Of a stretch of DNA of 46,536 bases, positions 24,059-34,389 are shown piece by piece; position 1 is the stretch's first letter; each line of letters opens with the position of its first letter. The translations under genes were made by a program, and so were the position numbers. The notes under the pieces were generated by a model. It saw only the letters and a program-made list of their open reading frames with translations. It did not search any database and was not told the origin of the DNA. Source of the DNA: Macrostomum lignano (taxonomy: Eukaryota); NCBI GenBank assembly GCA_002269645.1, contig NIVC01004423.1, forward strand, positions 1-46,536, given 5' to 3'.

Positions 24059-27000
24059 GGCAGGCAGACAGAATGACAGACACACAGACAGACAGACAGA
24101 ATGACAGACAGACAGACACACAGACAGACAGACACACACAGACAGACAGACAGACAGACAGGCAGACAGAATGACAGACACACAGACAGACAGAATGACA
24201 GACAGACAGACACACACAGACAGACAGACAGACAGACAGGCAGACAGAATGACAGACACACAGACAGACAGAATGACAGACAGACAGACACACAGACAGA
24301 CAGACACACACAGACAGACAGACAGACAGACAGGCAGACAGAATGACAGACACACAGACAGACAGAATGACAGACAGACAGACACAACCAATGATTTGGT
24401 ACCAATGATGCAGCATTAGCTTTTGCGGTATGGGCCTTAGGGTAAAAATGGCACCCTATAAGTGTAAATTAAAAATCGCCACTGAACTCCTTGAACTCCA
24501 GCCACGCCACTAAGCTGAAGTATCCGTGGGTGGAGTACAATCCAGAACTTACTCCTGAGCAACTAGTCGCCTTCGCCAAAGAAGTCGACCGCCTCACAGC
24601 CCTTGCCGACCTTCGACCTGCCGATGCCGACGCTAACAATTATCGCACCTGTCTGGCTTACGACGTTAAAATGTGCAGACACGAGAACCTGCTAGACCGG
24701 AGCCACCCGGAACTGCCTAGGCGCATTGTGTACATCTACGATCAGCTGTGCGCCAAAGGCCTGTCTGGACTGTGCCGATTTGCCAGCTCGCGCAGATGCA
24801 CAGACGAAGAGGCGATGCTGTTTCATACTCGCGACAATCTGGACATGATGGCCGCTTGGAGAAATTTGGACTCGGAGAGCGACAGATTTGCCGAGTTGCA
24901 AAGTCGATTTGATTCACTTTATGTGCATCCGGTGAGATGTTTGAAACTGTAATTAACCTGCCTCTAAACCTTTTTATAGGGCGAAAATTCTTGTCTATTA
25001 CATAGGAGTGAGATTTCCCAAATCTTTAGGTGAGAGATTTCCAAGTGTGTCTCATTGTGTCTGTGCGAGATTTCCAAGTCTGTCTCAGTCTGTTACTGTG
25101 AGATTTCCTGACTCCTTAGATGTGAGGTTTCCCGAATCCTTAGAGGATCTAATCTAATCGAATCCTTAGAGATGAGATTTCCCGAATCCTTAGAGGTGAG
25201 ATTTCCCGAATCCTTAGAGGTGAGATTTCCCGAATCCTTAGAGGTGAGATTTCCCAGATCCTTAGAGGTGAGAATTCCCGAATCCTTAGAGGTGAGATTT
25301 CCACGTTTTTCTCAATCTGTCACTGTGAGATTTGCAAGTGTGTCTCATTATGTCAGTGTGAGATTTCCAAGCTTGTCTCACTCTGTTAGGTGAGATTTCT
25401 AAGGAATCTGTCAGTTTCTAAGGCAGATATCCAATACTAACCCAATCTAATTGCGATGAGAGTTGATCCAGTCGAAAACCCGCAACCGATTTTTCAGCTG
25501 TCCTACGATGCCGCTCAGCTGAGCTGCGGCACTCTGCTCTCAGTGGTGGAAGAAGTTTGCTCCGGCCGCAGCAGAAACGGTTACGCAATAGTCCGCCCGC
25601 CTGGGCATCACGCAGAATCCGACAAGCCTCGAGGCTTCTGCTTCATCAACAATGTAGTGGTGGCGGCTCGTTACGCTCAGACTAAACATTCTAATAAAGT
25701 ACGCCGCGTACTTATCCTAGACTGGGATGTGCATCACGGAAACGGAGTTCAAGACGCTTTCTATAGTGACGACTCTGTGCTGTACATCAGCCTGCACCGC
25801 TACGACTTTGGTCGCTTCTATCCTGGTAGTAGCGGCGCTAAGGAGAATGTCGGCTGCGACAAAGGATTGGGGTACAATGTTAATGTGCCCTGGAATGTGA
25901 GTCAGTTCTAATGTTATGGTAGTGGGTCCGGATTCTGGGTCAAGGGGTCCAGATTCAGGGTCAGTGAGTCTAGATTCTGGGTCAAGGGGCCAGATTCTGA
26001 CTCAATGGGTCTAGATTCTGACTCAATGGGTCTAGATTCTGACTCAATGGGTCTAGATTCTGACTCAATGGGTCTAGATTCTGACTCAATGGGTCCAGAT
26101 TCTGACTCAATGGGTCCAGATTCTGACTCAATGGATCTAGATTCTGACTCAATGTTTCTAGATTCTGACTCAATGGGTCCAGATTCTGGGTCAGTGAGTC
26201 TAGATTCTGGGTCAGTGAGTCTAGATTCTGGGTCAAGGGGCCAGATTCTAACTTAATGGGTCCAGATTCTGACTCAATGGGTCCAGATTCTGACTCAATG
26301 GGTCTAGATTCTGACTCAATGGGTCTAGATTCTGACTCAATGGGTCCGGATTCTGACTCAATGGGTCCAGATTCTGGGTCAGTGAGTCTAGATTCTGGGT
26401 CAAGGGGCCAGATTCTGACTCAATGGGTCTAGATTCTGGGTCAGTGAGTCTAGATTCTGGGTCAAGGGGCCAGATTCTGACTCAATGGGTCCAGATTCTG
26501 ACTCAATGGGTCTAGATTCTGACTCAATGGGTCCAGATTCTGGGTCAGTGAGTCTAGATTCTGACTCAATGGGTCCAGATTCTGACTCAATGGGTCCAGA
26601 TTTTGACTCAATGGGTCTAGATTCTGACTCAATGGGTCCAGATTCTGGGTCAGTGAGTCTAGATTCTGGGTAAAGGGGTACAACTGGGTCAGTGGGATAA
26701 CGATTTTGAGTAAATGAATCTAAATTCTGGGTCGGTGAGTCTAGATTCTAGGTCAATGGGTTGAGAGTGTAGGTCAATGGGTCCAGAATCTGGGTCGGTT
26801 AGTCCAGATTCTAGGTCAGTGGGATGGACGTTCTGGGTCGGTTAATCCAGATTCTGGGTCAGTGGGATTTAGATTCTGGGTCAGTGGGATTTAGATTCTG
26901 GGTCAGTGGGATTTAGATTCTGGGTCAGTGGGATTTAGATTCTGGGTCAGTGGGATTTAGATTCTGAGTCAGTGGGATTTAGATTCTGGGTCAGTTGAGA

Positions 27001-29194
27001 TTCTGGGTCAGTGAGTCTATATTCTGGGTCAAGGGGTACAACTTCTGGGTCAGTGGGATTTAGATTCTGTGTCAATAGATACAGATTCTGGGTCAGTAAG
27101 TCCAGATTCTGTGTCAGTGGGATTTGAGGTTCTGGACCAGTGGGGATTAAGATTCTGGGTCACTCAATGAAAACCTCAGGATTCCAATGATCAATCATAC
27201 AGTCACCCGTCCCAAGTTCAATTCTCAGCCTCAACTTTGCCCCCCACCCACCTGCACTCTCAAATGCATAGGGCAGAGTCGGGGACGCCGAGTACTTGGC
27301 CGCTTTCCACCACATTGTGCTGCCAATTGCTCAGTCGTTCAATCCCGACCTGGTCCTGGTCTCCGCTGGCTTCGACGCAGCAGTTGGCGACCCGCTGGGC
27401 GGATTAAAGCTCACCCCTGCCTGCTACGGTCACCTGGCTCACCTGCTGTGCGGCCTGGCTGGTGGGCGGGTCGTGCTGGCGCTGGAGGGCGGCTACAATC
27501 TGGCGTCTATTGGCGAGGCCTCGTGCCATTGTGTGGCTTCTCTGCTGGGCCTGCCGCCCCTGCAGCTGCCCAAGCAGCTGGTGCCAAACGTTCAGTGAGC
27601 TGATGGGTTCTATTCGCATTCTATCCTGATTCTATTCGACTTCTATCCAGATTCTATTCGCATTCTATCCTGATTCTATTCGACTTCTATCCAGATTCTA
27701 ATCGGGTTCTATCCAGATTCTATTCGACTTCTATCCAGATTCTAATTGGATTCTATCCAGATTCTATTCGACTTCTATCCAGATTCTATTCGCATTCTAT
27801 CCAGATTCTAATCGGGTTCTATCCAGATTCTATTCGACTTCTATCAAGATTCTATTCGCATTCTATCCAGATTCTAATCGGGTTCTATCCAGATTCTATT
27901 CGACTTCTATCCAGATTCTATTCGGATTCTATCCAGATTCTAATCGCATTCTCTCCAGATTCTAATCGGATTCTATCCAGATTCTGATTGGATTCTATCC
28001 AGATTCTACTCGGATTCTATCCAGATTCTAGTCGGATTCTATCCAGATTCTAATTGGATTCTATCCAGATTCTACTCAGATTCTATCCAGATTCTAATCG
28101 GATTCTATCCAGATTCTAATCGGATTCTATCCAGATTCTAATCTGATTCTATCCAGATTCACTCTCGTGTTCAATATACATTCGACCAGACGTATATTTG
28201 ATTGATATTTATTAAATCCAATATTAAAACTTTTCAGTGGTGTCAGAGCAATCAGGGAAGTGATCGATATTCACAAGGCTTATTGGAAGCATCTTAAGTT
28301 TTCAGGTATGAGTTTAATTCAGTTTTACACAGTATTTAATTTAGAATATTGTGAGGAAAGGCATATTTTTTACTTGCTTAATTTTAATTCCAGACGATAT
28401 CCCGAACTGGGTGACCAGCCTGCCAGAGGATGCCACTAAGTGAGCGTTTATTTATTTGTTTATTTAAAGTTGTTCCACAGACACATATGTACAAGTACAA
28501 TGTGTTTATTGTCGCTAAAGTCACACACAAACAGATGTACAATGCGTTTATTGGGTCTAGTTGCACAGATCGGCCTTTACGTTCGTTATTGTTCATTTTA
28601 AAAGCATTGATGTATAGAATTAATACCGTGCAGACTAATATGTTTCATTAATTCCCTCTCGTAACCCCGTGCAGATCAGCTGACAGCGTCAACACTTCGG
28701 TGGACCAGCTGGCCCGAGAACTCGACAATTTGGACGTTTCCGCCGCCGCAACGTCGGTGACAGACTTCATCGAAGCTTCTTCAACTGCTGCTGCTGCTGC
28801 TGCTGCTGCTTCTGGCGGAGCTGTCGGCGGTTTTGAATTTCTTCTTCTAGAGGATCAGCAATTTTTTGCCGTTCATCCTCGATCGGATTGTCCTCACGTG
28901 ATCCAGCCGAGTCACGTGACTCGCATAGCCGACGGTCGCGGAGTTGACGCTCGAGCAGTCTGTCAGACTTGCTCGGATGGCAGCGAGAACTGGCTCTGCC
29001 TGGCCTGCCTGGAGACCCACTGCGGCAGGTACGTGTCTAAGCACATGCTGAGCCACAGCGAGTCTACTGGCCACGTCATCGCTCTGTCATTTAGCGATCT
29101 GTCTGTGTGGTGCTACCACTGCGACTCGTACATTGTGTCGCCTGTGGTGGAGCCGTTCATTGCCGCGGCTGCCAGGTCCAAGTTTGGCGAATAA
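18010..29194 (+). CDS. HDAC6: Histone deacetylase 6 (CD1 + CD2 + ZnF-UBP). Exons 18010-18096, 18197-18228, 18600-18741, 19576-19713, 19829-20031, 21329-21590, 22618-22677, 22763-22852, 23417-23646, 24502-24931, 25498-25896, 27272-27594, 28238-28305, 28394-28439, 28675-29194.
   Basis: Two catalytic domains, each with RPPGHHA, DWDVHHG, SAGFD and LEGGY; C-terminal ZnF-UBP ([30 protein letters not shown]). All junctions are GT-AG and phase-consistent; no frameshift seen. The two short 5' exons are the least certain. Confidence 0.93.
18780..19122 (-). mobile_element. tRNA-derived SINE-like element in HDAC6 intron 3
   Basis: Minus strand has Pol III A box TAGCCCAGCGG (19117-19107) and B-box-like GGCTCGATTCC (19074-19064) at tRNA-like spacing; 3' boundary uncertain. 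Confidence 0.55.
20120..20480. repeat. 29-30 bp minisatellite (TTTATAGCTCTTTGGGAATCCCGTGTCTA), HDAC6 intron 5
   Basis: Tandem units read directly. Confidence 0.9.
20484..21221. mobile_element. Non-autonomous hAT-type DNA transposon (738 bp), HDAC6 intron 5
   Basis: Perfect 18-bp TIR TAGTGATGGATCGAAATT / AATTTCGATCCATCACTA; exact 8-bp TSD GTCTAATG at 20476-20483 and 21222-21229; subterminal TCGAAA repeats at both ends. Confidence 0.9.
21645..22565. repeat. 20-bp minisatellite (GAGATGAGATTGGAGCTTGG) with higher-order variants, HDAC6 intron 6
   Basis: Tandem units read directly. Confidence 0.9.
22915..23375. repeat. 24-25 bp minisatellite (GGGGAAGACAATCACAGGTAATTA), HDAC6 intron 8
   Basis: Tandem units; related degenerate copies at about 15805-15900. 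Confidence 0.92.
23866..24385. repeat. (GACA)n-type microsatellite, HDAC6 intron 9
   Basis: Read directly. Confidence 0.95.
25000..25400. repeat. 24-bp minisatellite (GTGAGATTTCCCGAATCCTTAGAG) with degenerate flanks, HDAC6 intron 10
   Basis: Tandem units read directly. Confidence 0.85.
25922..27165. repeat. 21-bp minisatellite (GGGTCCAGATTCTGACTCAAT and variants), HDAC6 intron 11
   Basis: Tandem units read directly. Confidence 0.92.
27607..28160. repeat. 22-bp minisatellite (CTATCCAGATTCTAATCGGATT), HDAC6 intron 12
   Basis: Tandem units read directly. Confidence 0.92.
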
Positions 29195-29911
29195 ATTTTG
29201 CTATGCGAATATGCACTACTGATGTCAGACTGTCCGGCTTTAATTATATTCTAAGATAATCAATAAAATCATATCTAATTGTTACTGTTTTGCTGAATTT
29301 TATTATTTTTATTTTATTATAATCTTATTTTATGCTGCAGATGAAATTAAAATTCCCTACTTGAAATCTGGTTAATTTAATTGATTAATTCGGCAAGTTT
29401 GAAAATCAATATATTGAAATGCATAACGTTGTTGCTTCATTGTCTAGTTGTTTTAGGGGCTGATCTCCAAGGCACAGAGAGTGTACATGCCTGACGATTA
29501 GGGCCACTGTACACCCTGTGTGAGCGTGTGTGTGACTGCGTGCTTGCATACAGTATTGGAAGTTAGTGGAATGGGCAGAAGTGGTGTGTGGGGGACACAG
29601 CCGTCCTGCAAATATTTGCTATTTATTGTTTCGTGGGAAACAAGTATTTTCTTGGTGCTTTCACAACTGGCAAATTTAAGCAAACTTAAAAGCAACAAGT
29701 GAAACATGAATTGCTGCGCTCTCTGTGCTGGATAGTGCTTCACCTTGCGGATTTATTTCCAACATACCGTCTCAAAAGAGATCGGTAAATTTTGGGGTAG
29801 TTCTACGCAGGTATACAATTTTGTAATGCATTCCAACGTTTAGATGTATTTGTCTTGACTACAGGTCGATGGTTGCTTTCGTCGACTCGTCTATTTCATT
29901 TGGTGTTTTGC

Positions 29912-30990
29912 TTAGTACAGATAGGCAGGTACAAGCCATTTTTTGTTCCTGAAGCCGTCGGAGAGCCACTTCTTGTTCCTGAAGCCGTCGGAGGGCCACT
30001 TCTTGTTCCTGAAGCCGTCGGAGAGCCACTTCTTGTTCCTGAAGCCGTCGGAGAGCCACTTCTTGTTCCTGAAGCCGTCGGAGAGCCACTTCTTGTTCCT
30101 GAAGCCGTCGGAGAGCCACTTCTTGTTCCTGAAGCCGTCGGAGAGCCACTTCTTGTTCCTGAAGCCGTCGGAGAGCCACTTCTTGTTCCTGAAGCCGTCG
30201 GAGAGCCACTTCTTGTTCCTGAAGCCGTCGGAGAGCCACTTCTTGTTCCTGAAGCCGTCGGAGAGCCACTTCTTGTTCCTGAAGCCGTCGGAGAGCCATT
30301 TCTTGTTCCTGAAGCCGTCGGAGAGCCACTTCTTGTTCCTGAAGCCGTCGGAGAGCCACTTCTTGTTCCTGAAGCCATCGGAGAGCCATTTCTTGTTCCT
30401 GAAGCCATCGGAGCGCCACTTCTTGTTCCTGAAGCCATCGGAGAGCCATTTCTTGTTCCTGAAGCCATCGGAGAGCCACTTCTTGTTCCTGAAGCCATCG
30501 GAGAGCCACTTCTTGTTCCTAAAGCCATCGGAGAGCCATTTCTTGTTCCTAAAGCCATCGGAGAGCCACTTCTTGTTCCTGAAGCCGTCGGAGAGCCACT
30601 TCTTGTTCCTGAAGCCGTCGGAGAGCCACTTCTTGTTCCTGAAGCCATCGGAGAGCCACTTCTTGGTTTCTTGTCGATAGTCTGCCACCTCATGGACTCC
30701 GGTTACTCCATCCTTAGTCTGTAAAAATCAACCAGAAATGAAGTAGAAATTCAAATAGCACTTCAATCCAGAATAACCATAAATTTCTATAACTGTCTAA
30801 ATCGAATTTCGCACTTACGATGTCACTTGATGCCCCGTCGACAGAAGCAGTTGAGAATGCAAGAACTGAAAATGGTAATGATGCGAATCAAGCAACGTGA
30901 AACTTCATTAAACCTTGGAATAAGCAAATACGAGCGATGTGCCATGATGCACATACCACAAGCGGCAACAAGCCAAGCAGTTGGTCGCAT
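29912..30990 (-). CDS. Putative neuropeptide precursor, 295 aa. Exons 30990-30957, 30865-30819, 30718-29912. Signal peptide plus 24 copies of KK-WLSDGFRN (22 exact, one WRS, one WPS).
   Basis: Spliced N-terminus MRPTAWLVAACVLAFSTASVDGASSDITKDGVTGVHEVADYRQET; GT-AG junctions with phases 1 and 0; recurrent unit variants AAG/AAA, GAC/GAT and TTC/TTT are synonymous in this frame; AATAAA on the minus strand at 29757-29752. Confidence 0.82.
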
Positions 30991-31870
30991 CTTTGCCGGT
31001 GTTGCAAGAACACTGTTCGTTTAGTTCTATTATTTTCCTTAAATTCTGACTTGTTGGATTTTATTCAGCTGATTGAAAGTCTCTTGATTCCTTGACTCAG
31101 CGAAAGAAAAGCGAAGGTATTTCGCAGACTTACATGGAGGCTTCCATGCGCCTCCGCTCCGCATCCAGTTAAAGGTCTTGTCGGTGCTTCGACCAATCAG
31201 AAATGTTCGCCCAAATTTATCAGTTTTAACGACAGTGAAGCCGCCTGCCAAGTTAAAACCGTCAGTTTTAACGCATTTTTCGTTGTGTCAATAGTTGAAT
31301 TTCCGTTTAAACAAAAATGCATTGTTTGAGTTGTATAAGGTTCTAGAGTGAATGCAGTGTCTGTGCTGATTCCCTTGCAAAATTCTGCATAGAAAACTGC
31401 TGTCAAAGTTAATTTGGCAGCCGGTTCCGCCTTCGTCAGCTGTGCTCAATTTTCCGTGTATATCAAATTCTTCATCAAACTATATTCTGCTGGGGAACAC
31501 AGATTGCTTGGCCCGGCAAAGGAGCCTCCTGATTGAATTTCCTGCATAGCTTGGCTTCTCCCGGAACAATATGTGCTCTTCTAGCGGAGCCTTGCATGGC
31601 TTGACTTTGGCTTGTTCGAGATGCAATCTGCATGCGTCCAAGAGTTGCTTGCAACATTGATCAGATTAAGCGGCCACTCTTTCAGGGCAATCTTTTCGGC
31701 TATTCAGGTCGAGGTTCAGATTGTTTAATCGCAACAAAGTACACCATATATTTCAACATGAATTTTCAGTAACATAACACTCGTTCACCCGACCGTCAAA
31801 TCAGTCATCGAAAAAAGTCAAGACGCCCGGTTAGCATTTTAGTATACTCCCGTCGTGTCCTAAGAAAAAT

Positions 31871-32475
31871 ATGGCCACTTCAGGACATAGGTTTCCACTT
31901 CAGGACATAGGTGGCAACTTCAGGACATATGTGGCCACTTCAGGACATAGGTGACCACTTCAGGACATAGGTGGCCATGCACTTCAGGACATAGGTGGCC
32001 ACTTCAGGACATAGGTGACCACTTCAGGACATAGGTGACCACTTCAGGACATAGGTGACCACTTCAGGACATAGGTTGGCACTTCAAGACATAGGTGGCC
32101 ACTTCAGGACATAGGTGGCCACTTCAGGACATAGGTGGCCACTTCAGGACATAGGTGGCCACTTCAGGACAATAGGTTGGCACTTCAGGACAATAGGTTG
32201 GCACTTCAGGAATAGGTTGCCACTTCAGGACATAGGTGGCCACTTCAGGACATAGGTGGCCACTTCAGGACATAGGTGGCCACTTCAGGACATAGGTGGC
32301 CACTTCAGGGCATAGGTGGCCACTTCAGGACATAGGTGGCCACTTCAGGACATAGGTGGCCACTTCAGGACATCGGTGACCACTTCAGGACATAGGTGGC
32401 CACTTCAGAATATAGTTGCCTACTTCAGGACACACGTGGCCAATTCAAGACTCGGCTGGTCACTTCAGGATACAT
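31871..32475. repeat. 20-bp minisatellite (CACTTCAGGACATAGGTGGC), intergenic
   Basis: Tandem units read directly. Confidence 0.92.
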
Positions 32476-34389
32476 GTGTTTACATGCACTTTAGGATATA
32501 GGGTGTCTACATGTGTATGTAATTTAATTTCAATTTAAAAAAAGGAATTTACATTTAAAGTGTTCGATATTTAGTTTGCTTCTATCTTCCTTGCATTTTA
32601 TCTTGATTGACCTACTTGGCTGCGATCGGAGCTTTCAACTTCTACTTAACATGCGGCCAGAGAAGTTTTTGGTGTCAGGTGTTAGCTTTCGGGCTCTTAA
32701 TTGTGACCTCGCACTGAGTTACGAAGCTTGGAAGAAGCTAGCCAAGAAAGTCTGACTGAAAAAAAGGGATCGCCACGTATCGTGAAGTAATGATTTTTTC
32801 GGTCGGATTTATTTAAAAGTTCTGTAAGCTCGTACAAGTGTAGAACACAAGGGCTAAAAGTGATAAGTTTAGGGACGGCTACTAATCGATCGATAGAAAT
32901 GCCTGCGAGTGATTTTTTGTTCGTATCCTTTTAAGGCCTTGATAAATTCTAATATTCAATACATTGGGTCACTGAGTACAGATATATGGTTTATAGGCTC
33001 GTAAAAACAGCTATCAACTAAAAAGCAAAGGTCCGATAGCTATAGGTAATTAAATTTCAGGCAACAATGATAAGCAAAAACGCGTTTCTCAGCCAAATAT
33101 CAATAATTTCTTAGCTTACTACTCACTGAGACAGCTAAGTAGTATGAAAGTAGCGCATAAATTCTGGTAATTTCTCTATTTCCTAGAATATGCGGTGTGC
33201 CTATGGCAACAGAAAAAAATTAATGTGGTTTGCGCGGGCATGAAAAGAGAGACAGGGACTGCGTGAGAGTTTTGTATTGCACATTGGTAGAAATATTAAG
33301 CAACGTACTGAGTTTGCTGGGTGAGCATATAGAGTATACACCAAAATGGAGAAGAGAGAATGACAGGGGTCGTTCGTTCAGCTAAAGCTATAGACTGCTT
33401 TTTAAAAGAGGCTCTTTAATTTATTGCCAAGCTTCTGGCAGCAGAGACTTAGTGGTGTTGCCCCACAGGGGGCAGGGAGGGATAGATCGCATGTACATGT
33501 ACGTACAGTAGATACTAATAGCTATACTCAAACGAAGCTCCGAGCTATACTAACTGCACAGCGTGAGGTACGTAGCAGCAATTATATGCGCAGATATAAG
33601 CTACTCGTAACCTCTCGTACAATAGCTCCGAATACATAAGACACAGCGCAAGAGTGCAGACATTTTGTAAAGCTTCACTTTCTGATCTTATTGTCGTAAG
33701 TTTCCAGCGTCTGACCCGCGCGACTAAATTAAGAGCATATCCAGAGAATCTTCTGTGGCCTGAAAACTGTAAGCTGCATGTTTGACCGCTGCTAAAGCTA
33801 GTTTACTGCATGCATTTAATATTTCAGCTCAAATTAATGGGGTACTGCTGCGAGGCAATTATGTCATATATAAGTTCGCTAGCTCCAAGCCACAGGGTGC
33901 CTCAAAACTTTTAAGCACCACTTTCTGCAAGCTATACCCACCAGCCCGCAATTATGAAGACCGCGGTTTCAAAGGGCATGCATCGTTTCGAAGATGGGTG
34001 GAGATTCAGATGGGCGAGCGACTGTCCAGATGTCCAGATCGATGCGTCTTGCCATCAGGCACAATTGAGATTCAAGCAGGTTTGCCTGCCGCACCTCCCG
34101 AATTCGGTACAAAGGACCCGACAGAATTCCCGCTCCAAGTTTCACTCTCTCTGCGAAAGATGGCACAATTAAGTGTGACTATACGGAAGATGTACGTGCG
34201 ACCCTGAGCTTTAGACTGAGCAGTTCTTGCGTCCGTCTTGTCCGCGAACTTATGACACAATTATCCCCCGTAGGGGTACTACGAGTACAGTAGTCATGCA
34301 TTACAGAAAATTTCACCCCAAAAACAGAGTCCAGGAAATAACGGCCGATCGATCTCTTCCGGAAGCCAGCTACATAAAAGCACAATATA

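Noticed and set aside
29855-30724. Alternative frames of the 30-bp repeat (SGTRSGSPTA, ALRRLQEQEV, VPEAVGEPLL, FLKPSESHFL)
   Set aside because: Only the KKWLSDGFRN frame is open from the splice acceptor and keeps the recurrent variants silent.
31134-31750. Coding-looking minus-strand stretches upstream of the neuropeptide gene
   Set aside because: Interrupted by stops with no recognisable domain; the donor at 31133 could mark a 5' UTR exon, but I cannot support a CDS.
33782-34260. ORFs upstream of the calmodulin-like gene
   Set aside because: No recognisable motif, overlapping frames of similar length, no convincing splice partners.
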